64,000 nt of DNA from Cyanidioschyzon merolae (lineage: Eukaryota): the NCBI GenBank assembly GCA_000091205.1, contig AP006498.2. One strand, written 5' to 3'. The notes under the pieces were generated by a model. That model saw only the letters and a program-made list of their open reading frames with translations. It searched no databases and was not told the DNA's origin. A program made the translations under genes and the position numbers. Numbering within the stretch: the first letter of the stretch is position 1; each line of letters opens with the position of its first letter. Positions 41,357 through 52,966 of this stretch are shown one piece after another.

Positions 41357-41996
41357 ACATGGTTTGAAGCGTGCAGAGAATCGCGGCAACGTGTTGACGC
41401 TGGTGCGTGCACGGCACTCGCATCAGATTCCAGTGGAACGTTGAACTGCTCGTTCTGTTCCTGAATCTCTTTTTTTTGTATATTTAGTCTTTATTTTCAA
41501 TGCGCAGCAATAAAGGCTTACGGATTCACGGGTAATTTTTGGGTGCTCGGTTTTCGTTTTTGCGTAGCTCATTCGAATCTCACGTCGATGGCCTGCGTTG
41601 CGTCACTGGAATCCAGCGCATTCGCGACGCCCTCAAGCGGCGGTTCCGCGCCTAACACATATCATCACCATCATCATCCAGTTCCTATGGGTAAGCTTGG
41701 ACGCTTCTGATTTGCTTATGTGTAGCATGCGCACATCATGTATGCTGCATGTTTTCCATCATTCTGTTTCATGGCGACTCGTAGGTGCAGTAACTCGCAT
41801 CGCTAATTTGATGGGATATAAACGCGACGTCGTTTCTTGATGACTTGTTCACAAGCTCAAGTCGGAGGTCCACTAAAGTCGTCACATAAAATAAACGTTT
41901 TTCAAAGAAACAAAGTCTCCGCTCTCTACCGCCATCGGCCAAACGTTATTCGTGAGCACCTTGATGCCCTTTGAGTTATGCTCTGAGAGACTCGTA

Positions 41997-42580
41997 TCCC
42001 TTCCATTCGGACGAAAGAGGCTCTTGCATTGGGAACTGAGTCATCGCAGCGATCGCTTCTCGTGGGGAATGCGTCATCGCTTTGCAGGACGGGGCACGAG
42101 ACGGATCGAAATTGCTCGGACGCTGCTCCATTTTAGATTTCGCTTCAAGTACTTGCTCCATCATAGGCAATATCGCTTTTCAGAAATCCTCCATGGAATG
42201 GGACAGCGTTCGTTTGGACGCGCAACGCAAAGCGTACTCGTCAATGGGATCGCCGAGAACAAGCCCGCGACCAAAGGGTACGGCACCGATCGTGGAAACG
42301 GAGGAACAGCACCGCGGCCAGCCTTGTGTACCCGTCAACAGCACGCATCGGTCGAGGAAGCAAGTCTTCACGTGCATCAGAGCGGTGCTCGGATGACGAG
42401 AAGAAAGGATTGTAGCCGACGTCTGAGAACATCTGATCGCAGCCAAGTGGCACCGATGCGAGCGGCGCATGACGGCTGTATTCAAAGAATATGAAACTGG
42501 CGAGCGGAGTGCAGATTGCAACCACAGTCTGTGCATGAAATGCTTGAACAGTTGTCGAAAGCAGCAATACCTGGAGTGGA
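41997..42580. repeat. Copy B of the diverged dispersed paralogous segment (partner 28350-29040)
   Basis: See copy A. In B a single minus-strand ORF (42180..42830, 216 aa) runs through the region, ending '...GAVPFGRGLVLGDPIDEYALRCASKRTLSHSMEDF'. The homologous A frame reads '...APGAIPSDHGLLLGNLIGKYSLRCTCMRTLFHSTEDS'. Confidence 0.55.
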
Positions 42581-43402
42581 ACGCTGATATCAGCATCATT
42601 CGGCTGTAGGCAACGAAGTTGAAGGGCATGGGGAGCCCCGCGTATTTAAAGTCTGAAACCTGGACGACGAAAAGGTACAAGTGGCACGAAAATCTCGCAA
42701 AAGAAATCCATGGAGGAACAGTGGGGCATTTCGCGTTTGTTCGCTTTTTGATCGTACGTAAGTGTGGAAACCCAACCGCCTTGCCGACAACTACGTAGTC
42801 GCGATACGCCGTCAACTGTAAACGGGCCAACGGTATTGAAACGGAGTCTGCTGATAACGAGTACCGCAGCCGTCCTCAACACGCTCAGACGCTCCCAGGA
42901 CTGACCCGAGAGGCGCCCCAGCGATGCCGCGCTCAGGGTTTGTAGTGCCGAACATCGCACGGGCGCCGAACAAGCCTTTACCAGTTTAGACGATTTTCGC
43001 CACTGTATGTCCATTCGATGAATTTTCACAACATCTCTGACCTGATATAAGCCTCCAAATAAAACAACTCGACACTAGTGGCGACAACGGATGGCACCAA
43101 CTAACCATATCCTCTATATGGACTGGAGCTCAGCAAAGTTATCGCTCCGAAATACACCTCTCCAATAGCTAAGATAAAGCATTTCTACCTAGCCTATAGC
43201 ATTCCCCAACGAGTACGTGTCCTACTGGTGTCCGAAGAGCTCCCAAATACCTGGCTTCGTACTAGATGCTCTGGCTTCTGCTTCGGATTCGCAGACTCGC
43301 CGATCGTTGCCGAGCCTGTGGGGCCTCCGGTCGATGCCATCGAAAAGAAATTTCGATTCGCTTCCTCGGTAGCGTATTGCCACTTTTCGAGAAACGCTTT
43401 GC

Positions 43403-44437
43403 ATGGCGCTCGCTGGACAGGGAGACCCTCGCTGGATTGTGCAAGATCTTGGGAAGCAGGGTAAAAATGTCGGCAACTGGCACTGGACTGAGCGAGATAT
43501 CAGTGTTTGGGCGATGGAGCGACTGCGTTCTCTGCTTCAGGAGGATCCGATCGGTGAACTGCGACTCGCAGACGACACTGTTCAGGTGCAAGTCACGGGC
43601 TCTCCAAGCGTGCACGGGGACTGTGCCCTTTACAACCGCAAGGGCAAACTGCGAAGCGTGTATGACTTGAAAGTTCAGGCGGACTGGGAGGCACGATCTC
43701 TGGCGACGAACGCAGTTTGCGGGAAAGGCACGATCGAGGCGGAGCTCTTCGACACCGACCCTGACGTCACGATAACCCCAACAGGTACGTGGGAACACAG
43801 CGCTCAACTGGTTTCATTTTTAACGCTCGACGGGAAGTCTTGGTTGCACCGGGTTCTCGAGCGCTTCCAGGCTGAGGCGCTGCAACTAGGGACCGGAGAC
43901 ACCGGGTCGACAGTTGCTGGCCAGTCGCAGGCAGCTGAGGCGGTGAAAAATGCAAACAAAGACCACGCAGGGAATACCGCTGCGACGTCGGGTGTGCAGC
44001 AGCCGGAGCAAAGCACGCAATCCACGTGGACAAGCCTTCACATGGAGGAACGCTTTAGGGCACCGCCCAGCGTGGTCTTTCGAGCACTCACCGCTGTGGA
44101 GGAGCTGCAGCGAATCACGCAAGCGCCTGCAACCAGCGATACGACAAGCTCAAACGGAACATTCTCTCTTTACGCCGGTCAGGTTCATGGTAGCTATACG
44201 AAATTGCAGGAGCCAGAGCTTATCGAGCAACGATGGCGTATGGCCGACTGGGTGCCTCGCGATCACTACTCTCGGGTGCAAATGCGTCTCAAAGCCGTCT
44301 CCGACGATGAGACGCTCCTTGTCTTGCAACAAGATCAGATACCCGAGGAATATCTCGAACGGACCCAAGTTGGCTGGAGAGAACGTATCTTTGCGCAGCT
44401 GCGCCTGATGTACAATCTCGGTAGTGCCTATGTGTAG
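43403..44437 (+). CDS. AHA1: Activator of Hsp90 ATPase (AHA1/AHSA1)
   Basis: N-terminus 'MALAGQGDPRWIVQDLGKQGKNVGNWHWTERDISVWAMERL' matches Aha1 'MAKWGEGDPRWIVEERADATNVNNWHWTERDAS.W'. The C-terminal AHSA1/START-like domain is present. 344 aa. Confidence 0.85.
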   Translation: MALAGQGDPRWIVQDLGKQGKNVGNWHWTERDISVWAMERLRSLLQEDPIGELRLADDTVQVQVTGSPSVHGDCALYNRKGKLRSVYDLKVQADWEARSLATNAVCGKGTIEAELFDTDPDVTITPTGTWEHSAQLVSFLTLDGKSWLHRVLERFQAEALQLGTGDTGSTVAGQSQAAEAVKNANKDHAGNTAATSGVQQPEQSTQSTWTSLHMEERFRAPPSVVFRALTAVEELQRITQAPATSDTTSSNGTFSLYAGQVHGSYTKLQEPELIEQRWRMADWVPRDHYSRVQMRLKAVSDDETLLVLQQDQIPEEYLERTQVGWRERIFAQLRLMYNLGSAYV

Positions 44438-46319
44438 CGCTGGGCGTCGGTTACGGCCTCGTATGAGCGTCCGCATCGTTGATTCCACCGAGTGACTGCA
44501 ACAGAAGGTTTCGCTGAGGCACTGTGCTACTTGGTGCTCCACGAAATCAGTTTGCTGGGCGCATAGACTGGGAATGCCGCGCTTATTCGGGAAACATATC
44601 CTGACTTGTCTTCACGGTGCGGCGGAGAGCCTTTTGCACAGAGTCCTCGTAACCGGTCTTGAGTTTTTGGAGCGAGCGCCTCTAGAGACGATGTCTAACG
44701 CCGAGGGCGCGCATCCCCGGGCACCGTTTCATGGCAAAGTGCTTCATCTCATATGAAGTGCAGCGCTTTGAGCATTGATGTCCAAGAGGATACGCGTTCA
44801 GCGATTGGAGCGCGACACAGATCGAAGCCGCTTCCCCGCTGAGCCGCGTCGAGGAGCCAGCACAAGCGCAAACCAGTACGCACCTATAGAAACGCGGACA
44901 TTTAGGACAAAGCAGTGTTCTTGATGGGTCTTTTCTCACTCCAGGGAGAAGGCGTCGCTTGCAAACTACCGATCATCGCTTGCGTTCCTCTGCTAGAGCA
45001 GTTATACCGTTGCAGCCTCATGGAAAAGGGCCTTGCTTTATACTAGTCACGTTATGAAAAAACGAAACAAGATCCACGCAGTAATCGCAGGATTCAATCC
45101 GATGGTACGGAACATATTGGCCTTTGCGTTTCTCGAGCCATAAAGACGCTTGGTGCTCAGCGGAGATTCCATTTTCATGACCGCAAACGCTCATGAAATA
45201 TGCACACCTGTGCGACTTCCGCACGTTCCACACGCGTCGAGACCTGGCCACCAGGTCTCTCCAGCGCAGCATCAACTGTCTCCGGTCTGACAGGGCACGA
45301 CTGCTCCACGGCGATATGTTCGCGAGCAGGACTGCCTGCTCACCGGTTGTTCGCTGCCTCCGACTCGTTTCATCGAAAAGAATACTGTACCGAAAACGAC
45401 AGAGCCAAACGCTCAGTTGCTTGGAAACGCTGGCCTCATAGCGTTGTTGACCGATATGCCTCGGGGTATCCGCTCTGTGCAAATATTCTGACCGCGATCC
45501 TGGAAACAAACTTCATGGAGGTTCACGAAGTGCGTCTTACGCTTTCAGAACACACACAGGCGTCCGATGCGTGCTCCTTGTCTGAGACGTTCGCCGAAGT
45601 CGCGGCTTAATTGGCGTGCACTGCGCGTCAGCACCAGGTTCGGGTGTGGACCTTATCCTAACCGCAGAATGCCCCAGACCTGAGACCGTTTCGAGGCTTG
45701 CGTACTAAAAATCGACTCGACAAGCGATGTAGGCTTCCTAAATGCCTTCGAATTTGCGTGAGATTGCTTCTTTATTTTGCTGGATCTCGAAAGTTAGCCG
45801 ATTCATGGCACCAGGAGGCCAGACAAGAACCAGCACCCTTCTCACGTCAGGTGGCCTCGTCGTTCCGCGAGTCGGCCTCACTGCAACCCTCAAAGCCTAC
45901 TAGAACTCCTGGACACGAACAAGGACCCCTTCCTACACACGCTTGCCGAGTCGTTCTCGTTACGTCCCCGCTGCAACACCCTAGTCACCAGGAGCATCGC
46001 TTGACGCGAACGAAACAACACCGAGGAAGCGGTGCGCAGCACATCGGTAGAGCGCCATTCGGAAACGTAGGTTTAGGGGCCAGAGTTGCTTCGCGCTTCA
46101 GACCTGCAAGTCGAGGGCCGGTGGACCTATACACCCCGCGCACAAAGAATTTCGTATTGGGGTTACACAAAGGCACCGCGACTCACGTCGAGCTAGGCGT
46201 GTGTGTCCATGCTGCTCGTCAGCGTTTAACGGAGAGGTACGGCGAAGTTCCTGCTCACTGCCCGGTGCGCTAGCGTCCGTTGCTCGACGAGAGGCGGCAG
46301 CATAGCTCAGGAGCTCAGT

Positions 46320-49022
46320 ATGAAGCTGAGAGACGCCCCAGAACGAGGCGAGACTATGAAGACAGAAGATGCGCGTTGGCAAACGACTTTTCTCGAGCTC
46401 GAAAACGCAGTACGTTACGTAAGTGGCTCGGAGCCTACTCCAGCTCCGTGCAACAGTACCGGCGTTTACGCTGACGTAGAGCTGTGGCTCGATCGAGAGC
46501 TTTTCGAGTCTCTCGCTGAGGGGAGAAACGCACCGCAGACACAACCGAGTGCAGCTGCACTGTCGGGGAACAGTACGCCTTCCCGGCAAACGCAACTGCG
46601 CTCCGTGCGACCGTATCCACTCTTGGATGCGTTCGTATCCGCAGGTATTAACCATGAACCCGATGGTACATTGATGCATGGATCCACGTCGCGTCGTGCT
46701 GGTGACCAGCACGTGCAGTCACGGAACGTCGCCGAGGGGCAGTTGCGACCTGCGATGCCCGAGCCGTCGCACCCTGTTCACAAGCGTCGTCGCACCGCAG
46801 TGGTCTTCCAGAGTCGCCACGAGATCTCTCAATACCTAGAAGCTGCCCTAGATGAACTAGAACGGGAAGCGGAGGATGGCGTCACAGCGGATGCCGATGC
46901 CACGGGAGGCAACGCCTCCAGCGATGTCGTAGCAGATGCATCCCATCTGGAGTCACCTAGAAAAGTTGGACGGGGAGCAGTTGCCGGAACGCGCGAGCAC
47001 AAAACCTTGTCAAGTACACGAACTCGACCCGAATCCATTGAGCAAGCGCTGCTTCGCATTTACGCAGAATTGAGACAACGAGTTCTCGCTCAAAAATACG
47101 AAACAATCGAGGCGTTTATCGCCGATTTTTCGCTGCTGCTCAGTGATATTGCACGCAGCAGCAAACCAGAGCATACCACATCACGAGTAGCGACACGTCG
47201 CAGAACAGACCTCATCCGTCAAAGGGTGGACAGCTTGCTTCAACCAGCAGAAATGAGCCGCATCATGGCGACCAGCTCCAGCGATCGACCTGCTTCTTCG
47301 GAGGAGCCGGCCATCCTGCCAGCACAACCCGATAAGATCAGCCAAGGACCTCTGCTTCCGTACTGGTACTGGTTACGTGAGCAACTCTCGCTTGACTTTG
47401 CATCCCGAGATGCACTCGGGCCGTGGAGTCTGGCGCTTGATGCAGTGGCGGCGGATCCAGAACATGTCATCCATCCCGAGTGCACCGCGAGCGCACAGGT
47501 GCCGGACCTGCGCGGCGCTGTGCGTCCACCGCTGGCTTCTGTGGAAGGCTATACCGGCTCACTGGCAGTGCAGACTGCAACGAAGGATGTGATCACTATA
47601 CCCAAAGTGTACGAACAGTGGTTGCATCGAATCTACCGCCTGCGGGAACAGAAAGAAGACCTGCAGCAACGCATGAATCGTTTCTACCAACTTGAAGCTA
47701 TGCTCCACGTAGCCGAACGCGACAAAGCTATTGGTGAACAACCAAATGCTCGATGCGCAGAGTTTGTGCGTTCTACACTGGAATCATCACACGTAAGCGA
47801 AAAGAATGCCGTGCGCTCGCAGCAGCTTGAGGCGTCCCAGGGAGCAGCGAACCCCGGAAACGCATCCCAGGAGAAACCCGCTCTGCAATTACATGCGCTG
47901 CGAGCTGCTGACTCAGAGGCGCGCCCCCAAACCAAGGCCATGAGCACTTCACCGAACGCCTCTGTAAGGCTGCCACGACTCGCTGCTGCATGGTCCATGC
48001 CGCTTTTCATTGAGACAGATCGTGAGCCCGACGAGCCGATGCGCTCCACTGCTGGTCTCCTCGGCGTTCCCGCTGCATCAGTGACCGAGTCAGTGCCGAC
48101 TGAAGCGGCTCCGCGACTAGATCAGCGTCCCCGCGGTTTGGTACAAGTCAGTCTGCCGCTTCCGCTGCAGGGCTTGCAGCGCGCAGTTGCGGCGGTCCTG
48201 GTGCTGAGCGGATTCACAGGTGCACATCGCTCCGCGCTCGAGTCGCTTACAGATGTTGTTGCGGAATTGATTGAAGGTCTTGGTCGACAGTTTAGCTGGA
48301 TTCGCTACCAGATGAAGCGTCCGCCAGCTGATCAGCAGTCGTCGTCAGCGGCATCGGCGGAAAGTGGCGCAAAAGCGGCCAGAGTACGCGAGCGAGTCGA
48401 CAAGGTGTCACGCGCGTGGTGGCAAGCACCGCGGGACTACCTCCACCAAAGTCGTTGTGCGTTGCCGGGAGCAGCGGTTGCTGACCCACTCCACTATTTC
48501 GTGTCGATCATTAGCCAGAGTGGTATCCAAGACGGCTTCCACGGCCTCATGCGATACAGTCAGCTGGAATTGCCCGCGCTGGAGCGAGGACTCGCCCAGG
48601 CCGAAGCGCTACTCAGCACAAAGATTGCGGAAACTGAGCACGCGCTGGAGCATCTTGCCCAGCGTATACCAGCGTTCGATGCCCCTGCGGGGCATCTCGA
48701 AGTAGAGAAAAAGACATTCCTGCCGCCTGCACTGCAGGACGGGAACGCGACGATACGCTCTGATGAGGAGCTCGATCCCGAATCGAATCCCCTGTTTCGG
48801 TATTTTGGAATTATCAACGAGTCTGTGACGCTTGATGTGTTGCAACTTGAATACCAGCGCACTGACGCGGTTGCAGTGCCGTATCCCCTTGCGCAGCGCG
48901 TTGTGACGGAGCTCGAAAAGACCCCTGTGCAGCCGGTTTCCGCTGGACACCCAGCTCGGCGCATCACCGTCGTAAGGGCAGCCAGTCGGCGACAGCTTCG
49001 TCCACATGAAGCCGTCTCGTGA
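46320..49022 (+). CDS. Large nuclear protein (900 aa) with a bromodomain-like segment and a BTP (bromodomain-associated, histone-fold) domain. SPT7/TAF-like transcription co-activator subunit (tentative)
   Basis: 'LQRAVAAVLVLSGFTGAHRSALESLTDVVAELIEGLGRQ' resembles the BTP histone-fold of TAF8/TAF3/SPT7 ('...LLTEAGFESAEKAAVETLTEMLQSYISEIGR'). Upstream 'KYETIEAFIADFSLLLSDIARSSKPEH' resembles the bromodomain C-terminal helix ('[26 protein letters not shown]'). The bromodomain-then-histone-fold order is as in Spt7. The rest is not recognised. Confidence 0.45.
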   Translation: MKLRDAPERGETMKTEDARWQTTFLELENAVRYVSGSEPTPAPCNSTGVYADVELWLDRELFESLAEGRNAPQTQPSAAALSGNSTPSRQTQLRSVRPYPLLDAFVSAGINHEPDGTLMHGSTSRRAGDQHVQSRNVAEGQLRPAMPEPSHPVHKRRRTAVVFQSRHEISQYLEAALDELEREAEDGVTADADATGGNASSDVVADASHLESPRKVGRGAVAGTREHKTLSSTRTRPESIEQALLRIYAELRQRVLAQKYETIEAFIADFSLLLSDIARSSKPEHTTSRVATRRRTDLIRQRVDSLLQPAEMSRIMATSSSDRPASSEEPAILPAQPDKISQGPLLPYWYWLREQLSLDFASRDALGPWSLALDAVAADPEHVIHPECTASAQVPDLRGAVRPPLASVEGYTGSLAVQTATKDVITIPKVYEQWLHRIYRLREQKEDLQQRMNRFYQLEAMLHVAERDKAIGEQPNARCAEFVRSTLESSHVSEKNAVRSQQLEASQGAANPGNASQEKPALQLHALRAADSEARPQTKAMSTSPNASVRLPRLAAAWSMPLFIETDREPDEPMRSTAGLLGVPAASVTESVPTEAAPRLDQRPRGLVQVSLPLPLQGLQRAVAAVLVLSGFTGAHRSALESLTDVVAELIEGLGRQFSWIRYQMKRPPADQQSSSAASAESGAKAARVRERVDKVSRAWWQAPRDYLHQSRCALPGAAVADPLHYFVSIISQSGIQDGFHGLMRYSQLELPALERGLAQAEALLSTKIAETEHALEHLAQRIPAFDAPAGHLEVEKKTFLPPALQDGNATIRSDEELDPESNPLFRYFGIINESVTLDVLQLEYQRTDAVAVPYPLAQRVVTELEKTPVQPVSAGHPARRITVVRAASRRQLRPHEAVS

Positions 49023-49428
49023 CGCGCACCGGGCAGCGCTACGCCACAGTGCAGCTGCGAAGATACCTTGCTTCGCTGGGGCGGCAGCACCAGCAAAGCG
49101 TCAGAGCTCGATCACGACGATCTGCGCGTCAACAAGCTTAGCGTCGCACGTTCGTCTAGACTTTGGAAACGAATCCGGATCATACGCATATGCTGGACGC
49201 TGTTCACGCTAGAACTAGGCTCAGAATACCGCTCTTGGGCATTGAACTGATCAAGTTAGCGGTTTAGTGTGCACCTCTAGTACCGCTACGCGCTCTACAT
49301 AGCAAACAGCGATCACGGTAGACACCGCTCGCTACACGTCGGATCCCGTGCAACGCATGAGTTGTGCTGCCACTCAACGACGGCCTTTGGGCACCAGCGC
49401 AACACCCGTACTGGTAATCGACGATCCA

Positions 49429-51231
49429 TTAGTGCCCAGGCATCTCGTCAAATGGAATAAAGTGGCGAACCGTGTCGCTCGGCTCCACAGCGTTGCACAG
49501 CAGGCGGTTCCGCTGACCCACCCCGTGGACGCAGTCCAGCTGCCAACCTCGCGAAGCTGCTTCACGAAAGAAGTCCTCGGTCAGCTCCAGTCTGCTGAAG
49601 AGAAGCGCATCTCGCTCGGTGGCCTGCGGCTGCCTCACCAGGAAGATCGCGGCAATGAGCGCGCGTAGGGCTTCACGCGCACCGGCTCCGGTTTTCATCA
49701 CAAAACCGACTTGTTCCTTGGACTGCGCGGGATGCTGGCGTCGACAACGCCCAACGACAAATGCTTCCGTCTCAAAAACACGCAGGAGCGTTCCTACATC
49801 TGATGCAGACTCGCTGAACCAGTGCATGCGCACATCTGGAACGACCTGAGGTACCGTCGACCAGTGACTTTGCCAGTGCAGGAAGCGCTCTCGCTGGGCA
49901 ACCTCCTCCGGACTAAGGACAAGTAACGTCTTCATGGTGCCGTTTTCACGGACATTCGACACGTATTCTTGCTTGCGTATGGGCCTGATGGCTTCGCTCG
50001 CTGTCGCTGCGGCGGCTAGACGACTTGCGACGTACGCGTCGACGAGCAGCACTGCACGCTGCAAGTTCAGCAGGGGTAAGACGAGTACCCGCATCGACTG
50101 GATCCGACTGTACATCTGTCCGGCAACGACAATTCCGAAGATTGCCCATGTCCAGAAGAGATTATTCTCTGCGAAACCGCGATAAAGAGAGAGTCCGATG
50201 GACATACCCAGGAGTTCCGCGGCAATCGACTGGGCATCGCCCTTCGCGGTGACATCACCGATATTCGACCGCGTCGCAACGGTCCGGTAGATGGTGCTCC
50301 GTGTGGAATTGAAAACGACATGTGCCATACCCTTGAGCGCATAGGCACCCGAAGCCAGACCGATAAACGAATCCGGGAAGCTCCGTGATACCAGTTCGAG
50401 GCCGGTTCCGAGATGCCAGAGCACATCCGCCAGGACGCGCAACCGTTTGAGGTCTCCATCAAAGCGATGGGCATATCGAGAGCCAAATGCAAGTCGAACA
50501 AGATGCCCAACACCGTCTTTGAGGATCCACGAGGTTACCGCGGAGGCACTCGCAGCAGTCGGTAGGTGTTCCAGTGCTGGGTCTCGGGTCAGCGCTGTGC
50601 TCGCTGCACGAGACGGGTCAGCGACCACCCCTGCCGATACCAGCAACGCGGTGGTGCCCAGCACGCTATTACAGGCCGTGAGCGTATTATGCAGAAAGTG
50701 CCAAAACGCATACGGTGCATAGCTAGCGGTAACGGAGTGCGGATAGTTCGTAGGCAAAAACACCGATGCAAGCAGTCGTTGAAGCGGCTCCGTGCTGAAC
50801 TGGAGGCCGTGCCTCACTTGCGGGCCAGAAATCTGGCGTTGAACGCTCAGCTTTCCTTCGTAATCACAATAAGTTTCAATGCGTCGACGACTAGTACCGC
50901 TCCACTGTTGCACAAGCACCCGTTTTTCCGGCAGTGCGTCAGTGTTTTCGGTTCGTTCTGACAGACCCGACGCTGCTGTTGACTCGGGCTCTGAACCTCG
51001 CGCTTGCAGCACAAGTGTTCGAGTGCGACTGTATGCTGGTTGCGAGCGACTCGCAGTGGGGCGTCGGCACCTCCGCGCCGTGCCCAAGTGGCTACCTCTC
51101 TGCGTGAACGCCTGCCACGGGGTAAGCCAAGGCAAACGCGTCCCGAAAGCGAACGTGCACCAGCGTGTTCCTCTATGAGGAACTCGTGAAGCATTCCAAG
51201 CCACCTGGTTTCCGGTTTTGCTTCTTTTCAT
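49429..51231 (-). CDS. DUF647 / RUS (ROOT UV-B SENSITIVE, RUSF1/C16orf58-like) family membrane protein
   Basis: 'VFLPTNYPHSVTASYAPYAFWHFLHNTL...' and '...IGDVTAKGDAQSIAAELLGMSIGLSL' match the DUF647 family ('FLPQGFPDSVSPDYLPYQLWD...DVSAKDSSQETLVNLAGLL') from memory. The N-terminal end of the ORF may be over-extended. Confidence 0.65.
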   Translation of the reverse strand: MKRSKTGNQVAWNASRVPHRGTRWCTFAFGTRLPWLTPWQAFTQRGSHLGTARRCRRPTASRSQPAYSRTRTLVLQARGSEPESTAASGLSERTENTDALPEKRVLVQQWSGTSRRRIETYCDYEGKLSVQRQISGPQVRHGLQFSTEPLQRLLASVFLPTNYPHSVTASYAPYAFWHFLHNTLTACNSVLGTTALLVSAGVVADPSRAASTALTRDPALEHLPTAASASAVTSWILKDGVGHLVRLAFGSRYAHRFDGDLKRLRVLADVLWHLGTGLELVSRSFPDSFIGLASGAYALKGMAHVVFNSTRSTIYRTVATRSNIGDVTAKGDAQSIAAELLGMSIGLSLYRGFAENNLFWTWAIFGIVVAGQMYSRIQSMRVLVLPLLNLQRAVLLVDAYVASRLAAAATASEAIRPIRKQEYVSNVRENGTMKTLLVLSPEEVAQRERFLHWQSHWSTVPQVVPDVRMHWFSESASDVGTLLRVFETEAFVVGRCRRQHPAQSKEQVGFVMKTGAGAREALRALIAAIFLVRQPQATERDALLFSRLELTEDFFREAASRGWQLDCVHGVGQRNRLLCNAVEPSDTVRHFIPFDEMPGH

Positions 51232-52966
51232 TTCGTTACCTCGAACAAGTCATCTGGAACAGTCACGTGTGCAGGCACTGCATGCTGGGGCACAAACGTT
51301 TTCACCCGCGAACCCAGCGCGAAAACGTACGAAATAGCTTCGCGTCGATTTGTTTCTCATTGACAAAACGTTTACGTTTGCCAGCGTTCTTCGATATTGC
51401 GCTTTTTTCTGTTCTTTTTTTCCTTATTTTTGTGTTTTTGTAGTGCGCGGTGACGCGTCGAATGCAGCACTTCGTTTGCTGCTGCGCACAAGACGACAAA
51501 AGGTACAACACTGGTCGATCAGGTCGTTTGCTAGGAGCATTTGAGGTTTTTGTCTTCGTGTTGCTCGTAGAACGATAGGCGGTGCCACCGGGCTCACGCA
51601 AGTCACAGGAAAGGATGCCAGGGGGATTCGTACGTTGCTGTGGATTGAAGTAGAACAAAACAGACCACCAAGGTTGCTCGGGTAACCTCTCAATACTCTG
51701 GGAGGTTTGCGGCCTGACTCAGTTGCTTGTGCTGCTCGCTACACGTATACGGTTGGTGCTCGAGTCGAGCAGGTAACCTCGAGGACTGTAGCAGCGTTCA
51801 TGTGTGGACCACAGCTGCGATATTCCACAGATACGGACGCAAGCATGCACGTATTGCAAGGATTTGGCTGGGAGATCTACTTCGAGGATTCTCCAAAGAG
51901 AAAGCCTTGTGAACTGTTTGGAGTGCGCGTTTCGGTCACGAACGACATCCTGCCAGCGAACTTGCCCAGCATAACGGAACGCTCGCTCCGAGGCACTCCC
52001 AGCTGACGACGAAGCGGGGTGCTGTGAGAATCGAGTGCATCGTGCAAGTGCATATTGCTCGCTGGTCCACAGTCAACGCTCAGGGCAATATGACACATGT
52101 TAACGAAGCCGGCTTCTACATCCACGTCTGTGGACCGCTTTGGAGTCCTGGGTCCGCATCCAGACCCTTGAACGGCTGTAGTATTCGGTGGGAGATTCTC
52201 GCTTCTTGCTGTTCGTCCTTTTCATCATTTCCTGGTCAAGACAACCGCTCTTGTTGGTGCTGTTGAAGAGACGGTACTACGCTTCGTGAGGATGGTTGCA
52301 GCAAGCACTCCATCGTTTGCCTGTAACTGCGTTTTCGGCATAGCGACGATGGCCCCTAAAACAATGCTGTCTTAACAGCGCTTGTTGTTGAATGGTGTAT
52401 GCACGCTTGCAAAGCGTCAAAGCAGGACCACGCGCTTCCTTCTCAAGCAGCATCCTCGCGAAAGACATCCAGTGCTCAGCGCGCAGTGTTGCCACCTGCG
52501 TCGGCCGTGAGACACATGAGCCGCCAGCTCGCGGAAACGCATAGCATAACTCGGACGCGTTCCTTGTTCGGCCTCGCAACCAGTACTCTGGTACGACATC
52601 GTTTTTCGTGCACTGTAATGATGCCCCCGGATCCACCAGCGAAACCTCAAGGAATATCTACCTGTTTACACGAACAATGTACAGAGCCGGAGAGAGGCGA
52701 GCCCAGCACCTCGCTACGCCCCCAGTACCGCGACAGCCTCGCCCGCAGTCAGATGCTGCACGCTCCATCGGACACAATGACGAATCACTGTATATGTTTC
52801 AGCACCAGAAACCGAAGCGATAGCTGAGCTCGCCAAATCGATGCACAAATGTGCCCTGCACGTAAGAGGCTCGGCAACCTCGATGAAAAACACGGCCTTG
52901 GAGCACCAGATGATACCGCGTTCGCCGAGCGAAGCGCTCTGCCAGGCGCTGTGTTCGATGTCGCCT

